Source: a virus (Duplodnaviria; Caudoviricetes). Taken from it: a DNA stretch of 64,000 nt. The notes below the pieces were generated by a model. It was not told the origin of the DNA, did not search any database, and saw only the letters and a program-made list of their open reading frames with translations. Of this stretch, positions 18,742 to 28,805 are shown piece by piece (positions within the stretch are counted from its first letter, which is position 1; every line of letters begins with the position of its first letter). Location: the IMG/VR virus record IMGVR_UViG_3300028048_000040, positions 1 through 64,000 of that record. One strand, 5' to 3'. Position numbers and translations under genes: made by a program.

Positions 18742-20268
18742 ATGACACAAGAATTTGAAAAGATTATAATTGGTGAGGTAGAAACAGATATAAGAAGTTA
18801 TGAATCTGCATTAGATATTTTAAAGAATAGATATAGATTTGTATTACCTACGAAAGAGTATCTTAGTGCAGTCTTTAATAATTTTGGGTATAGACTGAGA
18901 CCAAAGAACTTTGAATTCATAGATAAACTAATACCAATAGAAGACGTAGAACTTACAGATCCTATTAATATAAAACATAATGTATCGGAATTATATGTAT
19001 TTAATGAACATGATAGTCTTTCAAATGTTTTAGATGTTATAAAATTTTGGTGTAAAGGAAAAATGTATAATGGATTTGTTTTGAGTCCTAAATTCACTTA
19101 TAGAGATCCAGTATCTGAATCTGAATTAGAATGGTCTAAAATTAATAATTTTGACATTAAAAGATCAGCTATAGTAACAGATAAGCAGATACAATGGTAT
19201 GGATCAGATATAAGAACAGCTAGACTGTATAATATCAATCCAAATATAAATGAAGAGTATTTTGAAAAGAACATTATAAATTTTGATATGGTTGCTAGAA
19301 AAGTAAGTGTAGAAGATACATATCTTTTATTTACAATGGCTATAGTAGAACCAGATTCTATCATGTCTTTACTAAGAAGAGTAGAAATGGAAACAGTAGA
19401 AAAAGTAGTATGGGAGAAATGCGATGGATATGTAATGGCTCTTTCACCTTTAATGACTGTTGATGATTATACCGCTATTTTGAGATGCTATATGAATCAG
19501 ATATACAATATGTATAACAAATACGGTCTTAAGGGATTGATAAACTTTGCCATGTCTGTAAATCAAGAGAAAAACTTATCTAGAATTCTAGCTCAAAATC
19601 TATATAGTGGATATACTATTCCAGATACTGCATTAAATGCATCTATGGAAGAAGGATCTTTTATAGATAAATTTTCTATGCTTGATCTTGAACAAAAGAA
19701 ACAGTATGTTGCTGATTTGGAAATGACAACTAAAAATGGAAACATTGTTACTATAGTAAATAGATATGTAGATATCTCTAATCTCAATAAGATATTGAAA
19801 AGAAGAACTTCTACAGATCCAAATATCTATATAGATACTATGAAGAATCTTTATATTCTTATTTCTCAAATAAGTGTATATATTCCAAACTATATAAATG
19901 GAGTTTCTGAAAAATTGATATTTTCTAAGAATCTGTTTATAAATAAGAATAATTTTGGTCTATTTAATAAGAACTTTGATAATTTTATCTTTATAGATGA
20001 GAACTATAATATCTGTATGTGTGATATAGATAAAGTAGGTAAGTTTATCAAAGACAAATATTACAAGGACGTTAGATTAGTACCAAAAGAAGATATGGGA
20101 AATAAGAAACTGGAAAAGGAGATACCTGATTTAGTGTTTGAATATGATGAAATCATGAAACAAGAAGAGATATCTCATCAAATTCCAGTCTATACGGATA
20201 TACTCCGTATAGATGAAATTAAGAAAGAAGATGAGACTTATGGGTTAGAAGGATTGATTGTGGAATGA
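18742..20268 (+). CDS. hypothetical protein
   Basis: Long ORF with early promoter 18712-18719; AAGGAG SD favours ATG 18742. Confidence 0.75.
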   Translation: MTQEFEKIIIGEVETDIRSYESALDILKNRYRFVLPTKEYLSAVFNNFGYRLRPKNFEFIDKLIPIEDVELTDPINIKHNVSELYVFNEHDSLSNVLDVIKFWCKGKMYNGFVLSPKFTYRDPVSESELEWSKINNFDIKRSAIVTDKQIQWYGSDIRTARLYNINPNINEEYFEKNIINFDMVARKVSVEDTYLLFTMAIVEPDSIMSLLRRVEMETVEKVVWEKCDGYVMALSPLMTVDDYTAILRCYMNQIYNMYNKYGLKGLINFAMSVNQEKNLSRILAQNLYSGYTIPDTALNASMEEGSFIDKFSMLDLEQKKQYVADLEMTTKNGNIVTIVNRYVDISNLNKILKRRTSTDPNIYIDTMKNLYILISQISVYIPNYINGVSEKLIFSKNLFINKNNFGLFNKNFDNFIFIDENYNICMCDIDKVGKFIKDKYYKDVRLVPKEDMGNKKLEKEIPDLVFEYDEIMKQEEISHQIPVYTDILRIDEIKKEDETYGLEGLIVE

Positions 20269-21230
20269 ATAAGAAGAAGGAAAACAAAGTGGAGGAAACT
20301 AATCCTCCACTTAAAGAAGTATGTAAATTTACAAAATCAATATATCCTGATTTAATAACTGGATATCCAATAGAGTATTATAATATGTATAAGTATATGA
20401 CAGATACTCTTATGTGGTTACATGAATCTGGTATAGTGATAACATTTAATTTATATGCTTCTGGTAAACAAGTGCCTACTGTAGGTACTGAAGTATATGG
20501 ATTTTATTCTACTAGAGAAGGTAAAAACAGAACAATCAGTATCAATAGACAGTTTGGATATTGTATTGGTATAGAAACAACTAAAGCATTTAATAATACT
20601 TATAGATTAGCAGAAACAGTTAGAGCATCATTATTTCCAGATACATTGATAAACTTTAAGTATATTGAAGTGCCTAAGATAATGGATTGGTTTAATAATC
20701 CTACCAAATATATTATGCCAAATAAAAAGGATAAGACTAAATTTACTGCCAATTTAAATAAAGGAATATCTAAAGAAATCCATATGAGTGCATATCTAAG
20801 GAACAAAGATAAACAAGTAGTAGCTGTATTTGAAGCTTGTCCGGAAGATGATGGTGATGGTGGAAGTACAGGTAAACTAAATGTTGGTTTGTATTTTGCC
20901 GGACAGTTTATACATATTTCTTGGATTAAAATGTTTGAGTTCATTCATACTGTAATAGATATGAATCATCAGATGTATGCATCTACTATGTTATCTTTTA
21001 TAGGAATGGCTCCAGTTGGTGTAGGAATGGAACCAGAATATATGGCTAAATATAGTAAACTAAAAGATCAACCAAAGAAACTAACTTTAAAGAATACATC
21101 TTATTTTGAAAACTTTAATAAAACAAAAGCTTTAGGAGATGCAGTTAAATTGGCTAATAGTATGGTTAATAGTACTATTGAAGAAAAATTTAGAAAGGAG
21201 CATGATCTAAATGACAGCAACAAAAAGTAG
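20265..21230 (+). CDS. hypothetical protein
   Basis: ORF overlapping the upstream stop. Confidence 0.75.
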   Translation: MNKKKENKVEETNPPLKEVCKFTKSIYPDLITGYPIEYYNMYKYMTDTLMWLHESGIVITFNLYASGKQVPTVGTEVYGFYSTREGKNRTISINRQFGYCIGIETTKAFNNTYRLAETVRASLFPDTLINFKYIEVPKIMDWFNNPTKYIMPNKKDKTKFTANLNKGISKEIHMSAYLRNKDKQVVAVFEACPEDDGDGGSTGKLNVGLYFAGQFIHISWIKMFEFIHTVIDMNHQMYASTMLSFIGMAPVGVGMEPEYMAKYSKLKDQPKKLTLKNTSYFENFNKTKALGDAVKLANSMVNSTIEEKFRKEHDLNDSNKK

Positions 21231-22275
21231 CAAATATACTAAATATACTAAAGAAACCATAAAGAAGGGAGCGAAAGCAGGAGTATATAACACCAATCTT
21301 GGTGTTATGGATTATAGTTATTTGATAGGTGATTTTGGTGGGTCAACAGTAACCTTGGTCAATATAAAAACAGGTATGATTCATACTTGTAATCCTTCTG
21401 ATATTTACTTACCAGAAGAAGAATCAAAGAATTATCTTAATTATGATCAAGAAGTAATGAAAGTAGGAGATAAAGTATGTTTTAGAGGAAATGAAAGTAA
21501 TGTTTTATTTGAGATTACAAAAGTCAATCCTGTAGAACAGAGTTGCAACCTTTACTCTAAAACTGGAACTAGGTTATATAGTATTCCTTTAGGATATCTT
21601 AGATTTGCTCATAAGTGTGATTCTATCGAAGAAGAAGAAAAGAAGAATAAAGTAATTCAATTAAATAAAAAAGTAGAGGAGAAAAAGACAATGGCTAATG
21701 TAAAGAAAAACAATGTGGTTAAGAAAGCCTTCGAGGAACAGCAGGAAAAGATAATCAAAAAGGTTAAAGAAGCATCAGAAGCTGCAGAAGGTAATGTGGT
21801 TATTACTGAAGAACAGTTTGATACTATCACGATAACTATTAAGAGAAAAGATGATGATTTGATATGTAAATGCAAAGATTCTATGTATTCAGGAACTGTA
21901 GTAAACAGAGATTATTTCACCAATCCTCATTCTGAAAATGAGAAAAAGGATATAATAAGAAATATAGCAGATAGCAGCTTGAAGATATTCTTTAATGAGG
22001 ATAAACGTAGAAGAATAAATATGTATTTCCCTAAAAATGGAAATGGATATTGCAGATTTAACACTATATCTGATACCTTTAAAGAGGAAGATCTTTGTTG
22101 GAGAACATTCGATTCTGATTCTATAGATTGTTTAAAAGATTTAGAGTCTGGTAATGTGTATAGAGATGGGCATGAAGCAAGATCTGATTTCTATAGAATG
22201 AAGAATGACTTGTTACAAAAGAGAAAACAAATTATTGAGAAGCTCAATAAAGTTGATACGGATGAGGAGGAATAA
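21211..22275 (+). CDS. hypothetical protein (possible SH3/KOW-like modules)
   Basis: AAGGAG SD; MKVGDKV-type motif. Confidence 0.7.
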   Translation: MTATKSSKYTKYTKETIKKGAKAGVYNTNLGVMDYSYLIGDFGGSTVTLVNIKTGMIHTCNPSDIYLPEEESKNYLNYDQEVMKVGDKVCFRGNESNVLFEITKVNPVEQSCNLYSKTGTRLYSIPLGYLRFAHKCDSIEEEEKKNKVIQLNKKVEEKKTMANVKKNNVVKKAFEEQQEKIIKKVKEASEAAEGNVVITEEQFDTITITIKRKDDDLICKCKDSMYSGTVVNRDYFTNPHSENEKKDIIRNIADSSLKIFFNEDKRRRINMYFPKNGNGYCRFNTISDTFKEEDLCWRTFDSDSIDCLKDLESGNVYRDGHEARSDFYRMKNDLLQKRKQIIEKLNKVDTDEEE

Positions 22276-22277
22276 TA

Positions 22278-23234
22278 ATGGCTGGAACAATTATCGATAC
22301 TAATATGATTGTCAAAGTAACCAATCCGATTCTTCAGAAACATAAGAAATTCTTAAATATGGTAGGAGTAGTAAGATCTGTAACGGATATAGATGGAGAA
22401 GATTTAGATGTAATACAAACTGCATTTATAGACTTCAAATATAATCCCAAATGCTCTTTTGAATTCTTAATAGAAGAATTAGAACCAGCTAGTGAAAAAG
22501 ACATAGGATCCGAGTATGTTCTGATTAATCCAGATAGTTCTAAAAAAGAAAAAGCTCCAGAATTTGAAGGTCATAAGTTCCATAAAGCTACTCAAGATGA
22601 ATTGAAAGCAAATGATGTCCCTATTATTCCTGATGGTACTGGTTCTAATAAGGTTGGTTCGGTTAGATGGGAGTTAGGAGATAATTATCCTTGGATGGAA
22701 TATTTCTATGCTGATAAAGGTGATCATAGATTCGTAAAGGATTATATTCTTGGAGATATTTTCCGTCCTGTCAAACATGGAGACACAGAACCAGAGTTTA
22801 ATAGAGAACGAGCATCATATCATAGAATCTATTCTATGTATGATAAGCAAGTAGACTGGGCTACTATTGAGCGTAAGGTATATAATTCTTATCGTCGTAC
22901 TATATATCAGAATGGTTATATTTACCACAAAGATTTTAGTATTGGTAAAGAAGCTGTTGATTGGAAGAAGTTCCTTGGTAATACTAGACATATCTTGAAG
23001 AGCAAATATGCTAAGAATAGATATTATTATCGCTTCTCTATTTGTGGTAATAAATTCTGCATTAAGAGAGCCATTTTCCCAATTGATCAGGATTCTGATA
23101 TTGTGTTTGAAAGAGCTTGTACTGATTATGCTATGGGTAACTTCTTCCTTAGTAAGAAAGATGCTAAACGTAGTATTATGTTCCAAAAGCTTAAGACCTT
23201 CTTCAAGTATGATGATGGTTTATCTTCTAAGTAA
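22278..23234 (+). CDS. hypothetical protein
   Basis: GAGGAGG SD. Confidence 0.75.
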   Translation: MAGTIIDTNMIVKVTNPILQKHKKFLNMVGVVRSVTDIDGEDLDVIQTAFIDFKYNPKCSFEFLIEELEPASEKDIGSEYVLINPDSSKKEKAPEFEGHKFHKATQDELKANDVPIIPDGTGSNKVGSVRWELGDNYPWMEYFYADKGDHRFVKDYILGDIFRPVKHGDTEPEFNRERASYHRIYSMYDKQVDWATIERKVYNSYRRTIYQNGYIYHKDFSIGKEAVDWKKFLGNTRHILKSKYAKNRYYYRFSICGNKFCIKRAIFPIDQDSDIVFERACTDYAMGNFFLSKKDAKRSIMFQKLKTFFKYDDGLSSK

Positions 23235-23297
23235 GTGAACAATATATTAGTATAAGAATCACTCCTAGATAACTATGCAATAGTAGTGCGGTAAGTA

Positions 23298-23335
23298 CCC
23301 TGTAGCCTTAATTGGCTACAGGGATATCTTTTTTT
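23298..23335. terminator. intrinsic terminator between convergent genes
   Basis: CCCTGTAGCC-TTAATT-GGCTACAGGG followed by a T run. Confidence 0.8.
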
Positions 23336-24107
23336 AGTTTATGGTAAGCATAACTGGTTGATTTCTATTAGATGCAGATACATAGGTATTCTTAAGCTCT
23401 TCTATAATCTGATCTCTTTGTCTTGCTTTCTCTTCTAGGGAAGCAAGTTTTAAATCTATGTTGCTGAAGGTTGTTTCGAGATTATCATACATTTTTAGTT
23501 GTTCATATAAGAATGTAGCAACATCTGCTATTGCTAATTGTTCAAATGTTTCCATTTGAGTTGGTGGAATTGTCATTAAGTTATCAGCATGTTTTACTAA
23601 AAGATTAATTGGTATCTCTTGATTTTTAGGTAAGAAGTTAGAGTTTATAATAGCATTAAGTTTAATCTTGTTAGGTGGAATATAGTCTAGATAGATACCA
23701 TTACTAAAAATAGATACATGATCTGCTACCATCTGAGTATCTATAACAGTATCTACATCAAATCCAGTAGTACACATATCATAAGCATTAATAGATCCTG
23801 CACCATATAATAGACCAGGATATCCTAAAGAAAATGCTCTCCAGTCTATATCCTGTATTCCTAATATAGTCATATGATCACATATAGACTCATCTATTAG
23901 ATAGTATTTTCCTTTTCTATTCTGTGGTCCTAATATATAAGGAAACTTATTTGGAAAGTATCTACTAAAAGTATCTAAAGTTTCATTACAAATTACCTCT
24001 TCAGCCCATTTATCTTTAGACATGTATTCTGGTAAGTTAAGTTGTTTAGTTCCTAAACGACGCTCTATCTTATTAAGAAGGAGAGTCATTGAATTAGCCA
24101 TTGTCAT
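23334..24107 (-). CDS. probable neck/head-tail connector protein (T4 gp13-like)
   Basis: N-terminal LLNKIERRLG...L..FSRYFP and C-terminal coiled segment; late promoter 24126-24137. Confidence 0.55.
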   Translation of the reverse strand: MTMANSMTLLLNKIERRLGTKQLNLPEYMSKDKWAEEVICNETLDTFSRYFPNKFPYILGPQNRKGKYYLIDESICDHMTILGIQDIDWRAFSLGYPGLLYGAGSINAYDMCTTGFDVDTVIDTQMVADHVSIFSNGIYLDYIPPNKIKLNAIINSNFLPKNQEIPINLLVKHADNLMTIPPTQMETFEQLAIADVATFLYEQLKMYDNLETTFSNIDLKLASLEEKARQRDQIIEELKNTYVSASNRNQPVMLTIN

Positions 24108-24143
24108 ATATATCCTCCTCTCTATTAAATGATTGTCGAGGAG

Positions 24144-24170
24144 TACAAAAAAGAACCCCGAAGGGTTCTA
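24144..24170 (-). repeat. 27-bp terminator repeat, copy 1
   Basis: TACAAAAAAGAACCCCGAAGGGTTCTA, identical at 24640 and 25157. Confidence 0.95.
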
Positions 24171-24177
24171 AAGATTA

Positions 24178-24387
24178 TTATTTTGCTTTCAAGAGTCGTG
24201 TCTTTTCAATCATTTTTTCCAGATCTTTAATCATGGAATCTTTGAAAGGATTATCACTCTTTTCCCAATATTTTTTCTCTTCTTCCATAGAAAGCAGACA
24301 TTCATCTGCATAACTATCGAATTTGGGATAAGCTTTTTCATTTTTATTCTTAATTTCTGGCATATACTTGAAATCAAACTTAGCCAT
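24178..24387 (-). CDS. small early hypothetical protein
   Basis: AAGGAGG SD. Confidence 0.7.
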   Translation of the reverse strand: MAKFDFKYMPEIKNKNEKAYPKFDSYADECLLSMEEEKKYWEKSDNPFKDSMIKDLEKMIEKTRLLKAK

Positions 24388-24568
24388 TTGAATTCCTCCT
24401 TAAATACTCATCCAATTTTTCTTCTTGCTCTTTAAAACCATATTTTTTGGCTTTATCTAGAGCCATAGACGCTATATCTAATAACATAGCGTTTACGTCG
24501 TTATTATTGGTATTTTGTTTCTCTTGTTTTTGTTCATCCAAAGGTTCTATGTAATGGATTCTTGCCAT
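24380..24568 (-). CDS. small early hypothetical protein
   Basis: AAGGAG SD; early promoter 24603-24619. Confidence 0.7.
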   Translation of the reverse strand: MARIHYIEPLDEQKQEKQNTNNNDVNAMLLDIASMALDKAKKYGFKEQEEKLDEYLRRNSNG

Positions 24569-24639
24569 GATAAACTCTCCTTTCTTTATATAACACTAGT
24601 TTATCACAACAATAGTATACATCTATAAATTCAAATAAA

Positions 24640-24666
24640 TACAAAAAAGAACCCCGAAGGGTTCTA
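24640..24666 (-). repeat. 27-bp terminator repeat, copy 2
   Basis: Identical to 24144-24170. Confidence 0.95.
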
Positions 24667-24672
24667 GGATTT

Positions 24673-25059
24673 TTACCACTCACTCTGTGCTTCTTCATAT
24701 TTAGCACGAGCGGTATTAAGATTAACTAAGCCAACACATTCAGGAAGTACATCCTCATCTTGTAAAATCTCTTTCGAGATTACAGTGTTGCGTGTGCTGA
24801 GCATATGGATTGCATCCTCAGTTCTCTTAAACTTATACCCCTTATTTTTCAAATAAGAGATATATTGCTGTAACTCTTCCTTAGCGGGATGATCCTTGAT
24901 CGTGCCTTTCCATGCTGCAACCGCATACATGAAATACGTACGGATCTTTCTCTCTTTTTCGAGAGAATCCTCATGCCCATGTTTACGGAATTTACGGTTG
25001 AGCACTTCTTTCTGTGCCCAGATATATTCCTCGCCGAGGTTGAAGTTAAAGAATGCCAT
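24673..25059 (-). CDS. early hypothetical protein, paralog of 25404..25766
   Basis: Shared FFNFN, YF..AVA.WKG..KDHPA, YI.YLKNKGYK. Confidence 0.8.
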   Translation of the reverse strand: MAFFNFNLGEEYIWAQKEVLNRKFRKHGHEDSLEKERKIRTYFMYAVAAWKGTIKDHPAKEELQQYISYLKNKGYKFKRTEDAIHMLSTRNTVISKEILQDEDVLPECVGLVNLNTARAKYEEAQSEW

Positions 25060-25156
25060 GATGAATTCCTCCTTTAATCATATATGAACTACATCTTCTC
25101 TTGTGCAGTTCTTCCATTCATCACCTCAATAATATGCATTTATAAATTTAAACAAA

Positions 25157-25183
25157 TACAAAAAAGAACCCCGAAGGGTTCTA
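25157..25183 (-). repeat. 27-bp terminator repeat, copy 3
   Basis: Identical to 24144-24170. Confidence 0.95.
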
Positions 25184-25188
25184 TGAGT

Positions 25189-25389
25189 TTACCAGTTCTC
25201 AAGTGCGTCAAGCTCTCTATCCATTTCTTCTAAAGCTTTTTGAATTTCTTCATGCTGCCTATTAATCTCTTTACCAATGGTTTGAATTTTTTTGCCATTG
25301 TCCTCAATAATTCTTGAGTTTTGCAAAATTTTTTCATCAACCACTTTCATTCTGGATTCATGATTCTTTTTAAATTCATCATAATTCAT
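25189..25389 (-). CDS. small coiled-coil hypothetical protein
   Basis: GAGGAGG SD before ATG 25389. Confidence 0.7.
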   Translation of the reverse strand: MNYDEFKKNHESRMKVVDEKILQNSRIIEDNGKKIQTIGKEINRQHEEIQKALEEMDRELDALENW

Positions 25390-25403
25390 TATAGTTCCTC
25401 CTC

Positions 25404-25766
25404 TCATTTCCTAAAAGATAATAATGCAATACTAGTTGGGAAAGCATCACTATTTTGCAAAATATTTTTCCGCATTATAGTTTTATTAGGAGTAAATAGA
25501 ATTGCTTCTCCTTCTTTAATCCCTCCTTTATATCCCTTATTTTTCAAATATGCAATATATTTATCTAGGATTTTTTGCGCAGGGTGATCTTTAAAATCTC
25601 CTTTCCATCCAGCTACTGCATGCAAGAAATATCTGCTTGCAATATCTTCATTTTTTGATGTATCTTCTGCTTCTACATCATTGATAACATTGTAAAGAAG
25701 TTCACACTGCATTACAATGTATTTATGTTCTGGAAAATTGAAATTGAAGAAAGATGTATTATTCAT
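25404..25766 (-). CDS. early hypothetical protein, paralog of 24673..25059
   Basis: Shared motifs with 24673..25059; early promoter 25802-25818. Confidence 0.8.
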   Translation of the reverse strand: MNNTSFFNFNFPEHKYIVMQCELLYNVINDVEAEDTSKNEDIASRYFLHAVAGWKGDFKDHPAQKILDKYIAYLKNKGYKGGIKEGEAILFTPNKTIMRKNILQNSDAFPTSIALLSFRK

Positions 25767-25864
25767 GTTAATATTCTCCTTTCATTTTTATACATCTAAA
25801 TATCATAGTAATAATATATAACTCAAAATTACAAAAAAGACTAGGGGATTTCTCCCCTAGTCTT

Positions 25865-26758
25865 TTAGGTTACTTTAAGACACAATACATATATGCTATA
25901 GGTACTCATTACTTTCTTTTTACATTTTCCTATATCTAATTTTACCATGAAATATCTACTATCTAATCCTTCTATTTGATCATGAATAGATAACCATATC
26001 TTATCTCCTTTAACATTATTCAATATTGTCTTATTGATATAGAAAACATATGGTTTTAGATTATCTCCGTATTTTACCACATCTGGACACCAGATTCTGG
26101 CTCCATCGCCTGCTTTGAGAGCTAAGATATCGAGAAAAGCCCTGTCAGAAGATATGTCTGTATACTCACACACATTATGACTTCTAGACCACATCTGAGC
26201 GTATTTTTTAATATGATCCATTACCATATACTCTGGATATAGTTGTATTAAAGATCTAGTCAATGTATTATTACCTGCTAGATTTTCTAATACTTGATTA
26301 TTATGATCTAGAGTGTATAGTTGTCTTCCTATAGCATGTATAGATCCATTAATCTCCACAGTATCATATGTGAGATATGATAACATAGGCATAGCTTGTT
26401 CTACTAACATAGAATCTACTTTTTTAGAATTGACTAACTTATTATCATTAATAGCTTTGGTTGTAGAATAGTCCATCACTAATTTGATATATGGGTTAAT
26501 CTCTTTAGTCATCATTACTATATACTTTAGATTGATATTTGTCCATAGAGGTTTATACGCCAATCCATTTGCAGCCATTAAGTCTCCTAAAGTTGCTATA
26601 TGACAAATAGCATTATCAGATATACCATATACAAAACTTTCTATTCTTACTCCTGGAGTAAATACTCTAGGAATGCAGACAAATTCACTTTTCACCCCCT
26701 TTACTATTTCTAATACTTTCAGTAATTGACTTGTTTGAATTGCTTCTAGATTTGCCAT
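25865..26758 (-). CDS. hypothetical protein co-transcribed with the polymerase N-part (possible replication accessory)
   Basis: GAGGAG SD directly after the polymerase stop; the function guess is from context only. Confidence 0.6.
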   Translation of the reverse strand: MANLEAIQTSQLLKVLEIVKGVKSEFVCIPRVFTPGVRIESFVYGISDNAICHIATLGDLMAANGLAYKPLWTNINLKYIVMMTKEINPYIKLVMDYSTTKAINDNKLVNSKKVDSMLVEQAMPMLSYLTYDTVEINGSIHAIGRQLYTLDHNNQVLENLAGNNTLTRSLIQLYPEYMVMDHIKKYAQMWSRSHNVCEYTDISSDRAFLDILALKAGDGARIWCPDVVKYGDNLKPYVFYINKTILNNVKGDKIWLSIHDQIEGLDSRYFMVKLDIGKCKKKVMSTYSIYVLCLKVT

Positions 26759-26769
26759 TGTTTCTCCTC

Positions 26770-28695
26770 TTATTTAATCTTGAGCGATGCTCTATGTCTA
26801 TCTACTTCTTTTTCTACCCAGTCTGGTATAGGACGATTACAAAATACTACTGGTGTAGTCTTATCTGGGAAATATGCTACTACTTTAGCTTGAGTATCAT
26901 ATGGAAGATCTCCAGGTCCCTTAAACATAGGAGTTCTATACTTAGTAAAGTATTCTTGAATATCTCCCAGCATTTCTTCTATACCAGCAAGACCAAACCA
27001 TCTTTGACCAAATTCAATATAATTGAAACTAGCTAGATTTTCAGTGAATGTTCCACCTGGTTCCATCTTAAGATAATCAGGATCTTTATATCCTATTTCA
27101 GACGGTTCTATCTTACCTACTTGGGTATGTGGAGCCATATTAAACTCTTGAAGTAGAGATGGATATAGACGTTTATAGTCAAAGTCATTAGTGTTATTGA
27201 ACTTGTTGATATATTTACCATTTGCTAACATCTTATTCTTATTGCTAATGAGATTAGGATCTGCTACAAATGCACCTGGGAATTTCTCTGTAGGAGGTTC
27301 ACCAAACTTATTTACATTTTCTCCTAAGATAACTCCTTCATGATTCTTATAGAAGTCAGCACCTTTAGTAGCAAGATAGACTGTTTGTCTCCATATCTTC
27401 TGATATGGAGTATTCATTTCTATAGCATTATTGAACATATATTTCATATCACCAGTTTGTGCTTCTATACAAACCTGGTCAATAACATCGATAAGGTTAT
27501 ATAACCAGAATAATATAAAATCTAGATATGGGAACTTAGCAATGTTAGTAGTAATATGATGATAGTCTAACTTATGAACACCACATTCTTTAGCACCTAC
27601 AGAATCCAAACTATAAGACTCTATTGCCGATTGCCCTTTTCTTCTAGAAGCATATAATATAATTTGATCTATATATGTTGTAAAAGATGCTATATCAGCA
27701 AAGTCACATCTCTCTTCAAACTTATCAGCATTCTTTTGATCTACAAAATATGAACAAAACTTATTTTCAAATATCATATCACATACAACTGCAGGAACAT
27801 TTAATCCTAAGATTTGAGCTCTTGCTAATAGCTGAGGCATATCGTATGCCATATTATATGCCAATGCAAAATCTGGACTTAGCATCTTTATCAATTCAAA
27901 GAATGCTATTATCATCTCAGCTTCTGTATCAAAGAACTTTACTTCTAGATTAATATTATCTAACCCATATTGTTTAATTTTTTCTTCAGAACCTAGATTA
28001 TCTTTAATAAGCTCCTGGAAATGATTCTTATGTTTAGTATACCCAGATTTTGTCTTAAGTTCTTCTTCTAGTTCTTTACACTTAGGAATGTTTGGCATTC
28101 TTACCATATAACTATACATAGTCTTATTCTTAGTATAATAACCAGAAATCATAATAGTAGGACATTCGCCTATGATAATATTATCAGTAGACGATTGTAT
28201 TGCATCTGCTTCTGTATCAAAGAAGAACAAATCTATATCACATACTGGATTCTGATATGTTTCAGCAAATTCAGATCTAATGAAATTCAGTATAGGCATG
28301 TCTGCAGAAAATACTCTTGGATGTGCAAAGAATGCTCTATTGAGTTTATAATCCCCAGACTTTATATTTCTATTATACAAATCTAGATTACCAGTTCTTT
28401 CTGCTATAGATCTAGTAAGCTGATTATAAGGACAAGTTACTGGAATAACTTTCTCTCTTTCTATGAAATGCATATTAAAACCTGGATCTTGATATTCTGG
28501 TTTGAGTAGATAATATGTATAACTTGGTTCATAAATAGTCTCATGAAACTTCTTACCTGTATTATTATCCTTATAGATTAGAGTCACATAGTCTTTTTCC
28601 CTAACACCAGTCTTTTCATTTTTCCTAGGAAACGTATAGAATGCATTCATAATAGTGAGATTGTCTCCTGGTTGTCGTCCTCGTAATGGTAACAT
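26770..28695 (-). CDS. polB: family B DNA polymerase, 3'-5' exonuclease + motif A part
   Basis: ExoI FFDTEAD, ExoII AYNMAYD, YSLDSV, ExoIII YNLIDV, FPGAFV, motif A DFDYKRLYPS..QEFNM. No motif B or C. Confidence 0.9.
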   Translation of the reverse strand: MLPLRGRQPGDNLTIMNAFYTFPRKNEKTGVREKDYVTLIYKDNNTGKKFHETIYEPSYTYYLLKPEYQDPGFNMHFIEREKVIPVTCPYNQLTRSIAERTGNLDLYNRNIKSGDYKLNRAFFAHPRVFSADMPILNFIRSEFAETYQNPVCDIDLFFFDTEADAIQSSTDNIIIGECPTIMISGYYTKNKTMYSYMVRMPNIPKCKELEEELKTKSGYTKHKNHFQELIKDNLGSEEKIKQYGLDNINLEVKFFDTEAEMIIAFFELIKMLSPDFALAYNMAYDMPQLLARAQILGLNVPAVVCDMIFENKFCSYFVDQKNADKFEERCDFADIASFTTYIDQIILYASRRKGQSAIESYSLDSVGAKECGVHKLDYHHITTNIAKFPYLDFILFWLYNLIDVIDQVCIEAQTGDMKYMFNNAIEMNTPYQKIWRQTVYLATKGADFYKNHEGVILGENVNKFGEPPTEKFPGAFVADPNLISNKNKMLANGKYINKFNNTNDFDYKRLYPSLLQEFNMAPHTQVGKIEPSEIGYKDPDYLKMEPGGTFTENLASFNYIEFGQRWFGLAGIEEMLGDIQEYFTKYRTPMFKGPGDLPYDTQAKVVAYFPDKTTPVVFCNRPIPDWVEKEVDRHRASLKIK

Positions 28696-28805
28696 TAAAT
28701 CTTCCCCCTTATATTATTCTCATCTTAAAGTCAATCTTCTCCTCAAAAGAAAAAATAGATTGATTTTATTGAAGTTTATAAAATGTGATCTAGGTTTACA
28801 CCTAG

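Noticed and set aside
24144-25183. CRISPR array
   Set aside because: The 27-bp repeats are ~500 bp apart with genes between them and have terminator structure; no cas genes are present.
25865-26758. Firm sliding-clamp call
   Set aside because: Size and position are suggestive only; no recognisable motif without structure prediction.
16543-28695. Split intein or intron joining the polymerase halves
   Set aside because: No intein terminal motifs are recognisable, and the genes are on opposite strands with their own start signals.
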